A DNA stretch of 64,000 bases from Terriglobia bacterium (GTDB lineage Bacteria > Acidobacteriota > Terriglobia > 20CM-2-55-15): positions 97,481-161,480 of the forward strand of contig CBDAOY010000003.1 in NCBI GenBank assembly GCA_965198225.1. Reading direction: 5' to 3'. Under the pieces are notes generated by a model. It did not search any database. It was not told the origin of the DNA and saw nothing but the letters and a program-made list of their open reading frames with translations. The stretch's first letter is position 1. Each line of letters starts with the position of its first letter. The position numbers were made by a program, and so were the translations under genes. Shown piece after piece: positions 11,019 through 21,720 of the stretch.

Positions 11019-11962
11019 CGGACATGAGCTGGGAGCAACGGATCATCGGTCGAGCACAGACGACAGGCACTGTCGAAATGGTGGAGCAGTTGTTTGCCCG
11101 TCAGTTGCCGTCGTGGCCGCTCCTGAGGACCGGTGTCGAGAATCTTGAACGCGTGCGCGTCAAGAGGCTCCGCATTCGATGGTTCGAGGTTCTGGTCCGA
11201 CACATCCCGCATCGGATCGCGAGCACCACAGCGAGAGTGGATCCCCCCTCGATTCGCGAACGTCCCTGCTTTCTCTGTCCAGACAGCCTTCCTGAAGAAG
11301 AGCGGGGCATCGAATTTGGAGACCGGTTCGTGATTCTCTGCAATCCTTACCCGATTCTGGATCGGCATCTGTCTGTCGTCAGAAGGGAGCATGTTCCCCA
11401 GCGTATCGGGGGCGAGTTGTCGACGATGCTCGACCTGGCACGGGCGCTGCCGGGATACATGGTCCTCTACAACGGGCCGGAGTGCGGCGCTTCGGCTCCC
11501 GACCACCTCCACTTTCAGGCCTGTCGGAACGAGAAGGTCCCTGCGATTGCCGACGTGAAGCGAGTGCGGGGTGTCGCGATCGAAGATTATGCCCGTCACG
11601 TCCTGGTACTCCGGGACAGAGACCCCGCCGCGGTTTCTGATCGCTTCGGCCACGTCATGGATCGATTGGAGGGGATGGTTCCGGGCCGTTCGGAACCGAT
11701 GGTCAACGTGGTCGTGTTCTTCAGCGAGGCGGAATGGGTGGTCATGGTGTTTCCGCGCGGGAAGCACCGACCCGAAGCGTACGCGAGCGGGGAACTGACG
11801 TTCTCTCCCGCGTCGATCGATTTGTGCGGGGTTCCTGTTTTGCCGGTGGAATCCGACTTTGAGAAGGTTGATAGTGCCACGGTCGAAAATATCTTCGTAG
11901 AGGTGACGATTGCCCCGGCCGCGTTCGACGAAATCTTGGATGCGCTGGAGTCGGTGAAATGA
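11015..11962 (+). CDS. DUF4922 protein (HIT-superfamily nucleotidyl phosphorylase-like)
   Basis: RPCFLC, LCNPYPI and YNGPECGASAPDHLHFQ (HxHxQ) motifs. Confidence 0.82.
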   Translation: MTDMSWEQRIIGRAQTTGTVEMVEQLFARQLPSWPLLRTGVENLERVRVKRLRIRWFEVLVRHIPHRIASTTARVDPPSIRERPCFLCPDSLPEEERGIEFGDRFVILCNPYPILDRHLSVVRREHVPQRIGGELSTMLDLARALPGYMVLYNGPECGASAPDHLHFQACRNEKVPAIADVKRVRGVAIEDYARHVLVLRDRDPAAVSDRFGHVMDRLEGMVPGRSEPMVNVVVFFSEAEWVVMVFPRGKHRPEAYASGELTFSPASIDLCGVPVLPVESDFEKVDSATVENIFVEVTIAPAAFDEILDALESVK

Positions 11963-13185
11963 ACATCGCCGTCGGTCTTGTGCAGTCCCGGGATGTGATT
12001 GCGATCCGGCTGCGAGAAGGCTACAGAGACGCTTCAGGAAAGCAATACAGGTCCGGTTCCTATCGATTCAGTGAGGCGGTCGTACTCGAGCCACTGGATA
12101 GCGCGAGGGCTTCGTTCGTCGTGGAAGATGTCAAGATCGGGATCGGTTTTCACTGGGAACAGAACCGTCGGCAGGGCTTTCGCGGGAGTTTGCGCATCGT
12201 CGATGACGATGGCCTGACGCTCATCAACGACGTCGGTCTGGAGAGTTACGTGGAGAGCGTCATCGCGTCGGAGATGAACGCTGATTCCCCCGTCGAACTG
12301 CTGAAGGCCCACGCCGTCATTTCCCGGAGCTGGCTCATCGCCCAGTTGCGCCAGAGGGTCGGCGATGGCGGTTCCTACAGCAGGCAGGAGCAGCCTGGTC
12401 CCGACGAATGGGAAATTCAACGGTGGTACGGAAGGGATGCACACACTAGATTCGATGTCTGCGCCGATGACCACTGCCAGCGATACCAGGGAATCGAGGA
12501 CTCCCCCGACAGCGTCCGACGTGCGGTCGAGGCGACACGAGGGCAGTGTCTGGTTTTCGGGACGGATGTCTGTGATGCGCGCTTCTCAAAGTGCTGCGGG
12601 GGTGTCACCGAGGACTATTCCGCGGCGTGGGACGAGAGGGAGATCCCCTACCTGCGGTCAGTTCCCGATGGCCCGGAGCGCCTCGACGACATCGATTCGT
12701 GGATCCGCTCGGACCCGCGAGCCCATTGCAACACCAAAGATGAAGGACTGCTCAGACGGATTCTTCCCGACTTCGATTTCGAGACCCGCGATTTCTTCAG
12801 GTGGTCGGTACGTTACAGCCGGGAAGAACTCTCCGAGGTGGTCGGTACGAAAAGCGGCATCGACCTGGGCACCGTGACGGATCTCGAACCGTTGGAAAGA
12901 GGCAGTTCGGGACGGATCACTCGCCTCCGGATCGTGGGAAGCCGGGCTAAGCTGTCGGTGGGAAAGGAACTTGAAATCCGGCGTCTGCTGTCGGCCACAC
13001 ACCTGTTCAGTTCAGCTTTCGTCGTCGATGAAAACCGCGATGGCATCACGCTGGTCGGTGCGGGATGGGGGCATGGTGTTGGTCTGTGCCAGATCGGAGC
13101 GGCGGTGATGGCGTCTCGTGGAGGTGTTTACGAAGAGATCCTGTCCCACTACTATCCCGGAGCGAGGGTCGAAGTCCGATCGTGA
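11959..13185 (+). CDS. SpoIID/LytB-domain lytic transglycosylase
   Basis: LESYVESVIASEM, LKAHAVISRS, CADDHCQRYQG, GWGHGVGLCQIGA and ILSHYYPG motifs. Confidence 0.9.
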   Translation: MNIAVGLVQSRDVIAIRLREGYRDASGKQYRSGSYRFSEAVVLEPLDSARASFVVEDVKIGIGFHWEQNRRQGFRGSLRIVDDDGLTLINDVGLESYVESVIASEMNADSPVELLKAHAVISRSWLIAQLRQRVGDGGSYSRQEQPGPDEWEIQRWYGRDAHTRFDVCADDHCQRYQGIEDSPDSVRRAVEATRGQCLVFGTDVCDARFSKCCGGVTEDYSAAWDEREIPYLRSVPDGPERLDDIDSWIRSDPRAHCNTKDEGLLRRILPDFDFETRDFFRWSVRYSREELSEVVGTKSGIDLGTVTDLEPLERGSSGRITRLRIVGSRAKLSVGKELEIRRLLSATHLFSSAFVVDENRDGITLVGAGWGHGVGLCQIGAAVMASRGGVYEEILSHYYPGARVEVRS

Positions 13186-14024
13186 CGCGGTCGGCGAACG
13201 TCCGATGCCAGGCCCGTTGCCTGCAGCAGACGGATCGCGTACCAGCCGATGTCGACCTGCCACCAGTGCCGGCTGAAGCAGGCGGATCCCGGATCGTCAT
13301 GGTGATTACCGTGCCAGTTCTCGCCCCACGCGGTCGCCTGGAGAGGGCCCAGCCACCAGATGTTCTGGGAGGAGTCGACACCTTCGGAGAGCCCCGGCCT
13401 CAGATGAAGGATGCTGTTGACCACGCACTGCCCGTGAAGGGAATAGGTCAGTCGTATCGCCCCAACCCAGAAGAACCCCGGCCAGCCGAACAGAAAAAAA
13501 CCGAAGGCCAACGACAGCGCGACGATCGGGATCTGGATCCTGTGCCAGAACCGGTATCGTGTCTGGATCAAATCCGGGCACCATCGCTCCATACTCGAAG
13601 CCTTCCACTGGTATAGCCAGCGCAGGTGAGCCCACCAGAAACCACCGTGGCGCGGACTGGAGACGTCTTCTGCCGTGTCGGACTTGGCATGATGGTTGCG
13701 ATGGTTTGCGACCCACGTGGATGGCGCGCCGGAACCGTTGAAAACGGCGAAGAAGATGAGGATCTGCTCGAGGACCGGGTTGAGCTTCAACGCTCTGTGG
13801 GCCAGAGCACGATGGTAGGCCAGGGTGGTTCCCAGGCCGCCGATACAAGCGAAGAGAAAGGCTGTCAGGAACAGCGGCCAACCCGGCAGGGGGTACAGGA
13901 CCAAACCCACGAGTGACAGCGCGTGAATCAGGACGAGAAATACCAGAACCCAGATGTTGCCGCCTTCAGCTTTGTACCAGGGTTGTGTCCACGGGTGCTT
14001 CTCGGCAAACGCCGAATCCTTCAT
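13152..14024 (-). CDS. Membrane fatty-acid (acyl-lipid, delta-9 type) desaturase
   Basis: Histidine boxes HRALAH, HRNHH and GENWHGNHH; TM segments. Confidence 0.88.
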   Translation of the reverse strand: MKDSAFAEKHPWTQPWYKAEGGNIWVLVFLVLIHALSLVGLVLYPLPGWPLFLTAFLFACIGGLGTTLAYHRALAHRALKLNPVLEQILIFFAVFNGSGAPSTWVANHRNHHAKSDTAEDVSSPRHGGFWWAHLRWLYQWKASSMERWCPDLIQTRYRFWHRIQIPIVALSLAFGFFLFGWPGFFWVGAIRLTYSLHGQCVVNSILHLRPGLSEGVDSSQNIWWLGPLQATAWGENWHGNHHDDPGSACFSRHWWQVDIGWYAIRLLQATGLASDVRRPRHDRTSTLAPG

Positions 14025-14245
14025 CCTTCCTCCTAGTTTGGTCTGTGCACACGGCCCATGCTGTGTCTCGGCTGCCTGGGCCGACAAAGAGACGCCATAG
14101 TAGCACGCGTACCGCCCGCTCGAAAGGGTTTGCAGTCATTCAGCTTGATGCTGATAATTCTGTCTAACTCTTCTACCTGAAAGAGGTTCTGCCGTTGACG
14201 AAGAGACAGGAAGCGCGCGGTGATCCCGGGCGGCGAACGTCGGGC

Positions 14246-14845
14246 ATGACTTTCGTGGGGATCGACCTGGCCGGATCGGAGAAAAGACAGACGGGCTTCT
14301 GCCGCCTCAAAGGGAGGCGCGCCGAGACCGCCGTCATCTATGACGATGACCAACTTCTGTCGCGGATGGCTCGGTACAGGCCGACCTTGGTCGGTATGGA
14401 CGCGCCACTGTTTCTACCGGCCGGCCGATGCTGCTTGCGTAACGACTGCACATGTCCGAGAGACGTCCATTTCCGGCAGTGCGATCTCGAACTCCGCCGC
14501 CGCCGCATCAAGTTCTTTCCGATCACTTTGGGGCCGATGCGCCAGTTGACGATGCGCGGTATTCGCCTGGCGAAGCAGTTGGAAGAGATGGGGCACGTGA
14601 TGCTGGAAACCTATCCCGGGGCGGCTCAGGACATATGGAAGATTCCCCGGCAGAAGAATCCGCCCGGCTTGAGGCGGGGTCTAGGGAAGATGGTCCACAT
14701 CTCCCGTCGGGGTATCACCCGGCACGAGCTGGATGCGATAACCTGTGCCCGCCTGGCGCAGCTGCACCACAAGGGACAGACCGAACTCATCGGAAGGGAA
14801 GATGAGGGGTGGATGGTATTGCCGTTAGGGTCCGCCCAAGAATAA
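14246..14845 (+). CDS. DUF429 predicted RNase H-fold nuclease
   Basis: VGIDLAG, GMDAPL, ETYPG and HELDAI motifs; last 5 codons and stop come from a MITE. Confidence 0.78.
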   Translation: MTFVGIDLAGSEKRQTGFCRLKGRRAETAVIYDDDQLLSRMARYRPTLVGMDAPLFLPAGRCCLRNDCTCPRDVHFRQCDLELRRRRIKFFPITLGPMRQLTMRGIRLAKQLEEMGHVMLETYPGAAQDIWKIPRQKNPPGLRRGLGKMVHISRRGITRHELDAITCARLAQLHHKGQTELIGREDEGWMVLPLGSAQE

Positions 14846-15006
14846 CTTTGCAGAATCGGCGCCCAGATTTGCGTCAGATTCGGTTGCGACCGATTGAGCA
14901 GTACCGGAGGAATAGCCGGACTATTTCGAGGATCTGCGATTGAGGAGCGGCCGAAGATGGCGTGAAGATGGGATGCCAAAATGCAAAGTTATTCTTGGGC
15001 GGGCCC
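14828..15006. mobile_element. MITE (~179 bp) with 25-bp terminal inverted repeats and TTA target duplication (IS5-family-like ends)
   Basis: TTA|GGGTCCGCCCAAGAATAACTTTGCA ... TGCAAAGTTATTCTTGGGCGGGCCC|TTA. Confidence 0.85.
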
Positions 15007-15026
15007 TTAGTAGAGGAGGCTAGAAG

Positions 15027-16001
15027 ATGAAGAGACTGGTTTTGGGGGTCTGTCTGATCATGCTGACGGCAGGACCGGCTTTCGCGACGTTCTCGATCGT
15101 GGCCATCGACCCGGACACCGGCGAGATGGGCGTTGCCGTCGCGTCGCGCTACTTTTCAGTGGGCGCCGTTGTGCCCTGGGCTGAGGCCGATGTCGGGGCG
15201 GTCGCGACCCAGGCCAGCGTGAACGTCGGGTATGGACCCCGCGCACTGGAGCTGTTGAAAGAAGGGCTGACTGCCCAGGAGGTATTGGACCGTCTTTTCG
15301 AAGAAGACTCGTTTCCGGGCAAGGCGGGCCGGCAGATCGCAATCGTCGACCGGCATGGTAACGTGGCGGTCCATACAGGCGAGGCCGCCAACGAGTGGCG
15401 CGGTCACCAGAAAGGCGCAACCTATTCTGTGCAGGGCAATATCCTTGCCGGACCCGAGGTCGCCGACGCCATGGCCGCCGCGTTCGAGAACACCAGAGGT
15501 GAACTGACCGAACGGCTCTACGCCGCGTTGGCCGCGGGAGACGCCGCCGGCGGGGATCGACGAGGCCGGCAGTCGGCATCAATCCTCGTCGTGGGAAAGG
15601 GAATGGGCAGGAACACGAACAACGATCGCTATGCTTACGTCAACGTCGATGACCATCCCGACCCGTTCGGCGAGCTGCGCCGCCTGCTCGACATCCAGCT
15701 TGGCATCAATCACTCGTCCCGGCTGCGCCGCTCGTTGCGGGGTGGCGATCTGGATGCTGCGATGCTGTCCGCAGAACGGTTGATCCGTTACCGCCCTCGC
15801 AGCGCGACCGCGTTCATGGATCGCGGGTTTCTGCTCTACCTGAACGGGCAGGCCGATTCGGCGATCGATTCCTTCAGGCAAGCGCGAGGTCTCGCTGAGG
15901 ACAATTTCAAGGAGCTGTGGGAGCGCATGATCTCGACGGCCGTCTACGAACGCGTGGCTGAAGACACCAAATTCGTAAACAGAGTGTTGGGCGGCAACTG
16001 A
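15027..16001 (+). CDS. Exported DUF1028 (Ntn-hydrolase-like) protein with C-terminal TPR-like region
   Basis: Signal peptide ending AFA|TFSIVA, GAVATQA, QGNILAG and GGDRRGRQSA motifs. Confidence 0.85.
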   Translation: MKRLVLGVCLIMLTAGPAFATFSIVAIDPDTGEMGVAVASRYFSVGAVVPWAEADVGAVATQASVNVGYGPRALELLKEGLTAQEVLDRLFEEDSFPGKAGRQIAIVDRHGNVAVHTGEAANEWRGHQKGATYSVQGNILAGPEVADAMAAAFENTRGELTERLYAALAAGDAAGGDRRGRQSASILVVGKGMGRNTNNDRYAYVNVDDHPDPFGELRRLLDIQLGINHSSRLRRSLRGGDLDAAMLSAERLIRYRPRSATAFMDRGFLLYLNGQADSAIDSFRQARGLAEDNFKELWERMISTAVYERVAEDTKFVNRVLGGN

Positions 16002-16030
16002 TTCATCCGGCGTTTCTGCTCAACATACAT

Positions 16031-16064
16031 CCGGGGACAGGGCTATACCCCTGTCCCCCTCACA
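16031..16064. repeat. GGGGACAGGGC-n-CCCTGTCCCC palindromic repeat family
   Basis: Related copies at 50365-50389, 51169-51199, 51363-51396 (inverted) and 59136-59169. Confidence 0.75.
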
Positions 16065-16165
16065 TTGGCTCTCTCGCGGCCCCGGTTGATTGAGCGGATG
16101 TTATCGATCCGATAAGATGTGCGGTCATAGACGTCATAGACCGCACCTACAGCTGACTACTGACT

Positions 16166-18749
16166 ATGCTCATCCTTCGTGTATCTCTAATAATGTTGCT
16201 TATGACTGTCATGTCCGGTTGCGGGAGCGCTGACATCGACGACACCGATCCCGTACCCGGAATAAGCCTCGAGCTTGCGACACGGCGCGCTCGCACCATC
16301 GAAGATCTTCGCTACGATCTTTCCCTCGATATTCCGTCTGAGGCTTCGGAACCGATTTCCGGACGCGCGGCCCTCCGGTTCACGTTGACGGAGACGTCGG
16401 GACCCCTCGTGCTGGATTTCGCACCAGGCGGGGATTTTCTGACGTCGGTGACCACGGGCGGCACCCCCTCCCGATTCCGGGCTGCCAACGGCCACATCCT
16501 CATTCCAACAGACGAACTGGTCCACGGCGAGAACACCGTGGAGATAGTCTTTCGGGCCGGTGATGCGTCACTCAATCGGAACCCGGAGTTCATGTATACG
16601 CTGTTCGTGCCGGCGCGGGCGCATCTGGCATTCCCGTGTTTCGATCAGCCGGACCTCAAGGCTCGATACACGCTGGAACTGGAAGTTCCGGCCGATTGGG
16701 AAGCGGTCGCCAACGGGCCGGAGATATCCCGGGAACCCGAGGGGGATCGCGTCCGCATCCGTTACTCGGAAACCCAGCCGATTCCGACCTACCTGTTCGC
16801 GTTTGCCGCCGGAGAATTTCAGGTGGAAACCGCCGAGCTCGGCGGGCGCAGATACCGGATGTTCCATCGCGAAACGGATGCTGAGAAGGTCGAACGCAAC
16901 CGGGATGTCGCTTTCGACCTGCACGCCTCGGCGTTGGGGTGGCTCGAAGACTACACCGCGATCGAGTATCCGTTCGAGAAATTCGATTTCGTTCTCATTC
17001 CCTCGTTTCAGTTCGGCGGTATGGAGCATCCCGGAGCCATCTTCTACAACCAGTCGTCGTTGCTGCTCGACCCCTCCGCCACTCAGAGCCAGATGTTGGG
17101 GCGGGCGAGCGTGATCTCGCACGAAACCGCGCACATGTGGTTTGGCGATCTGGTGACGATGCGGTGGTTCAACGACGTGTGGATGAAGGAGGTGTTTGCC
17201 AACTTCATGGCCGCCAAGATCGTGAACCCCTCCTTTCCGGAGGTCAATCACGACCTCCGCTTTCTGGTTGCACACTATCCGTCGGCGTACGGTGTGGACC
17301 GAACCGAGGGCACTCACCCGATCCGGCAGGAGCTTGCCAACCTGAACGAAGCCGGCAGTCTCTATGGCGCGATCATCTACCAGAAGGCACCGATTGTGAT
17401 GCGCCAGCTCGAACGCATTCTCGGGGGTGAGGCGTTCCAGGACGGCCTGCGCGTCTACCTCAAGCAGTTCGAATTCGGCAACGCGACCTGGACCGACCTG
17501 GTGGGGGTCCTCGATGAACGGACCGAGCTCGACCTGGTCACGTGGAGCCGGGCATGGGTCGAAGAAGCCGGAAGACCTTCTATTCGCACGGAGTTGGTAC
17601 CCGACTCGCAAGGGGGGATCCGAAACACTTGCCTTCGTGCAATCCGATCGACAACAGGGGCGGTCGCTCGTCTGGACGCAGCAGATGGAAGTCTTGCTCG
17701 GCACCGCTTCCGACGTCCGTTCGTTTCGGGTCGGGCTGGAGAACCAGCGGTCCGAATTGGATGTCGCGCGCTTGCCCCGGCCGGATTTCGTGTTGCCGAC
17801 CGGTGGGGGGCTGGCCTACGGGAGCTTCACGCTGGACGAGGGCAGCCGTCGATTCCTGCTGCAAAACGTTCCCGAGATCGATGATCCTGTCACTCGCGGC
17901 GCGGCCTGGGTCACGCTGTGGGAGGAGTTGCTCGACGGCCGGGTGCCGACTCCGGAATTCCTCGAACTGGCCTTGCGCGCTCTGCCTATGGAGGACACGG
18001 AGCAGAACGTCCAGCTCGTGTTGGGCTACGTGCGCTCCGCGTTCTGGAGATTCCTGCCGGGAGTCGATCGGCAGACGCTCTCGCAGAGGCTCGAGCGGGT
18101 CCTGCGGCGGGAACTGGCGCGTGCGGAATCATCGAGCTTGAAATCGACATACTTTTCGGCGTTTCGTTCCATCGTTACGACACCGGAAGGAATCGCGTTT
18201 CTGGAGCGCGTGTGGCGGCGCGACGAAGAGATTCCCGGTCTGACGCTCTCGGAGAATGACGAAGCCGCGATGGCCCTGGACCTTGCCGTGAGATCCGTCC
18301 CCGGGGCTGCGGAAATCCTCGAGGAACAACTGGGTAGGATTGAGAATCCAGACCGCAAGGCCCGTTTCGACTTCGTCATGCCGGCGCTGTCGGATAGCCA
18401 GGAGACAAGGGACGCTTTCTTTGCGAGCCTGACGGATGTCGAGAACCGGCGTCGTGAGCCGTGGGTGCTGGAAGGCGTGCGTTACCTCAACCACCCGCTC
18501 CGTGCCGAGCAGTCTCGGAAATACCTGCGCCCCGCCCTGGACCTGCTCCAGGAACTCCGGAGCACCGGCGACATCTTCTTTCCGCGAAACTGGATGGGAG
18601 CGATGCTCGGCGGGCACGATTCACCCGCATCAGCAGACGTGGTTCGTGACTTTCTCAGCGACCACCGCGACTACCCGATAAGGCTTCGTCGCATCATATT
18701 GCAGGCAGCCGACCCTCTGTTCCGCGCGACTGAGATTCGGGGCGAGTAA
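16166..18749 (+). pseudogene. M1-family aminopeptidase lipoprotein split by a +1 frameshift near 17612-17621 (real or sequencing error)
   Basis: FPCFDQP, GGMEHPG, HETAH-x18-E and IYQKA motifs in ORF 16166-17884; the C-terminal helical domain continues in ORF 17427-18749; frames switch at GGGGGGATCCGAA. Confidence 0.85.
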
Positions 18750-18871
18750 TCTGCTGTGGATCAGGAATCCAACCACCCCGTCTGCGCCAGGCCGCGCATC
18801 CACGTTCTTATCCAAGGAGGGGAGTCTTGGGAGGAGTCACCCGATCTTCGATTTCAAATCTCGACTGAACA

Positions 18872-20110
18872 CTAGTTCGACGTCGGCCAGAGGGCTCCCT
18901 GGTTTGCTTTCGTGACCTGTCCGATTCCTTTGTACACGAATTTCTGTATCCGTTTTCCCTCGTAGGTCTCGGTCGTGTAAACGTTGCCCTGCGAATCGGT
19001 CGCAATACTATGCACCGCGAAGAACTGACCCGGCTGGCGTCCTCCATCGCCGAAACTGGTCAAGACCTCCATGGTTTCACGGAGTAGGATGTAGACCTTC
19101 ATGTTCTGACCGTCGGCCAGATAGATGTACTTCTGCTCCGGATCCTTCGAGAAGGCGATGTCCCAGGTGGAGCCCTGAGCGAGCGTTTCTGATGCGATGA
19201 ACGCTTCCTTTACGTACGTGCCATCTCGCTGGAACACCTGAATTCGATCGGAAGCGCGATCGCATACGTACAGGAGTCCGTCGTCTGCCAGGTCGACGCA
19301 GTGCACCGGGCCACGGAACTGCTGAGCGGGAGGGGCGTCCGGACTGTACCGACCGAGCGGGGCGTCATCGGGCTTGTTGCCGTACGCGCCCCAGTATCGT
19401 TTGAATTTGCCGGTATCCGCGTCTACGACCGCGACGCGCTTGTTGAGGTAGCCGTCGGCGAAATAGGCCTCGTTGGCCTGTGGATCGACAAAGAGGTCCG
19501 CGACTCGTCCGAAGTTCTCTGTGTCGTTGCTGTCGGCCTGAAACCTCGGCCTGCCGTTGGGGGCGGTACCCGCAGCATGCGCCCCGGACTTACCCATTTG
19601 CATCAAGAACTTTCCGTTCCGGTTGAACTTCAAGACCTGCGCGTCGGGTTGGCCATTCCCGCCGATCCAGATGTTGTCCTTGTGGTCGACCACGATCCCG
19701 TGGTTGGACCCCGGCCACTCGTAGCCCTCGCCCGGCCCACCCCAGTGTCCGACAAGGTTGCCTTCCGGATCGAACTCGAGGATATTCGGCGCCGGGATAC
19801 AGCACTCGCTCACGGGCGGATCAAGGGTGGCGCCGATTTCAGTCCGCTCGGCAAACGTGGTCCGCCGATGAATGACCCAGACATGGTCCCTTGAGTCGAC
19901 ATCCACGCCGATAGTCGAGCCCATGATCCAATGGTTCGGCAGCGGCTTCGGCCAGAACGGGTCGACCTCGAAGATCGGTGCCTCGACCATGTCCTCGCTT
20001 TGCGCCACAGCGCTGCGTTCGAGCACCACTGCGCCGACGCCCAGTGCGACCATGAGTGCGAGAAACGTCGCACCGATAAAGAGATTAGGCTTTCGCTTCA
20101 TCCTTCTCAT
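18872..20110 (-). CDS. Exported NHL-repeat beta-propeller (PAL/peptidylglycine amidating lyase-like)
   Basis: FEVDPFWPKPLP, ADGYLNKRV, YVCDRASDRIQVF and GQFFAVHSIATDSQGNVY repeats; N-terminal TM or signal segment. Confidence 0.75.
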   Translation of the reverse strand: MRRMKRKPNLFIGATFLALMVALGVGAVVLERSAVAQSEDMVEAPIFEVDPFWPKPLPNHWIMGSTIGVDVDSRDHVWVIHRRTTFAERTEIGATLDPPVSECCIPAPNILEFDPEGNLVGHWGGPGEGYEWPGSNHGIVVDHKDNIWIGGNGQPDAQVLKFNRNGKFLMQMGKSGAHAAGTAPNGRPRFQADSNDTENFGRVADLFVDPQANEAYFADGYLNKRVAVVDADTGKFKRYWGAYGNKPDDAPLGRYSPDAPPAQQFRGPVHCVDLADDGLLYVCDRASDRIQVFQRDGTYVKEAFIASETLAQGSTWDIAFSKDPEQKYIYLADGQNMKVYILLRETMEVLTSFGDGGRQPGQFFAVHSIATDSQGNVYTTETYEGKRIQKFVYKGIGQVTKANQGALWPTSN

Positions 20111-20292
20111 CTCCTGTTCCTCCCGTGGGAGGAGTAAGCAGCATAAAAATCAAGACCTTCCACCGGGTAAATCGAGGGCGTCAGTATAACGGAAAATCGG
20201 GGTGGCTACCATTTTCTTGGGGTGGCGGAAAGTTTCGCAGTGCGAGCACGTGAATCGGAAGGAGGGGCCCGGTTGGCGCCGTTGGTTTTCGG

Positions 20293-21693
20293 TTGTCAGC
20301 CGCCTTTCGATCCAATTACTCTACGCTCGTGTTGCAGCCTCTGCCCAGACACTCTGCAGCCCGCCGTCACCTCCTCCTGCTGTCGGCGGTGCTGGTCGTA
20401 TTCCTAGTGCCATCCGACAGCGCTGCGCACGAGGTTCCAAACGACGTGACGGTCCGGGTGTTCGTCAAGCCGGAGGGGGAACGATTGCGTCTGCTGGTTC
20501 GGGTGCCTCTGGAGGCACTGCAGGACGTGGAGTGGCCAACCCGCGGTCCGGGGTACCTGGACCTGACGGCCCTCGACGCAATTCTTCGTGACGCCGCAAC
20601 GCTCTGGATCTCAGACAACGTCGACTTCTACGAGGACGATGTCCTGCTTCCCGATGCCAGCGCGGTTCAATTGCAGGTTTCGTTGCCCTCCGATAGTTCC
20701 TTCGCGTCTTACCAAGAAGCCCTTGCGCACATCCGTGGCCCGGGATTGCCCGAGGACACGGAGCTGTATTGGGAGCAGGGGATGCTCGACGTCCTGTTTG
20801 AGTATCCCATTCGTTCGGACCAGTCGGACTTCTCGATCGATCCCAGTTTCGAGCGGTTGGGGCTGCACGTGCTGACCGCGCTTCGTTTTCTACCGCCGGA
20901 CGGCACGGTCCGCGCGTTCCAGTTGCCGGGGCATCCGGGCCTCGTCCGGCTCGACCCGCGATGGCACCAGGCCGCCCTGCGTTTCGTTCTGTTGGGGTTC
21001 CTCCACATCCTGGACGGGATCGATCACCTGTTATTCCTGCTGTGCCTGGTAATCCCGTTCCGCCGCTTTCGCCCGCTCCTGGTGATCGTCACGTCCTTTA
21101 CCGTCGCACATTCGATGACGTTGATAGCGTCGGCTTTCGACCTGGCGCCAGACGCGTTGTGGTTTCCCCCTCTGGTCGAGATGCTGATCGCGATGTCCAT
21201 CGTGTACATGGCACTCGAGAACATCGTGGGAACCAAGGTTGAACGCCGGTGGATGATCACCTTCGGGTTCGGACTGATCCACGGGTTCGGCTTCTCATTC
21301 GCGCTCCAGCAGACGCTGCAGTTCGCCGGATCCCATCTTCTGACGTCATTGTTGTCCTTCAACCTCGGCGTGGAGTTGGGACAGATCCTCGTCCTCATGC
21401 TGGTGATCCCGGGACTGGGCCTGCTGTTCCGTTACGGCGTCGCCGAGCGTATCGGGGTCATCATTCTCTCCGTGTTCGTCGCTCACACGGGCTGGCACTG
21501 GATGGTCGAGCGGTGGGGCGTGTTGAGCCAGTACCCGATGCCGGAACTGAACGCCTCGCTGCTGGCAAGTGCCATGAGATGGCTAATGCTGATCGTAGCC
21601 CTGGCAGGAGTGGTGTGGCTGCTCTCCGGCTCGCTGCGACAATGGATCGAGCAGGAGGGCGAGGACAAGGAGGCGATCGGCGCGGAGGACTAG
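20293..21693 (+). CDS. HupE/UreJ-family membrane protein with N-terminal periplasmic domain
   Basis: AAHE after the signal peptide, GFLHILDGIDHLLF, FTVAHSMTL, FGLIHGFGF and FNLGVELGQ motifs. Start uncertain. Confidence 0.85.
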   Translation: MSAAFRSNYSTLVLQPLPRHSAARRHLLLLSAVLVVFLVPSDSAAHEVPNDVTVRVFVKPEGERLRLLVRVPLEALQDVEWPTRGPGYLDLTALDAILRDAATLWISDNVDFYEDDVLLPDASAVQLQVSLPSDSSFASYQEALAHIRGPGLPEDTELYWEQGMLDVLFEYPIRSDQSDFSIDPSFERLGLHVLTALRFLPPDGTVRAFQLPGHPGLVRLDPRWHQAALRFVLLGFLHILDGIDHLLFLLCLVIPFRRFRPLLVIVTSFTVAHSMTLIASAFDLAPDALWFPPLVEMLIAMSIVYMALENIVGTKVERRWMITFGFGLIHGFGFSFALQQTLQFAGSHLLTSLLSFNLGVELGQILVLMLVIPGLGLLFRYGVAERIGVIILSVFVAHTGWHWMVERWGVLSQYPMPELNASLLASAMRWLMLIVALAGVVWLLSGSLRQWIEQEGEDKEAIGAED

Positions 21694-21720
21694 TGGACGG
21701 AGACCGAATTCGTCCCAGAC

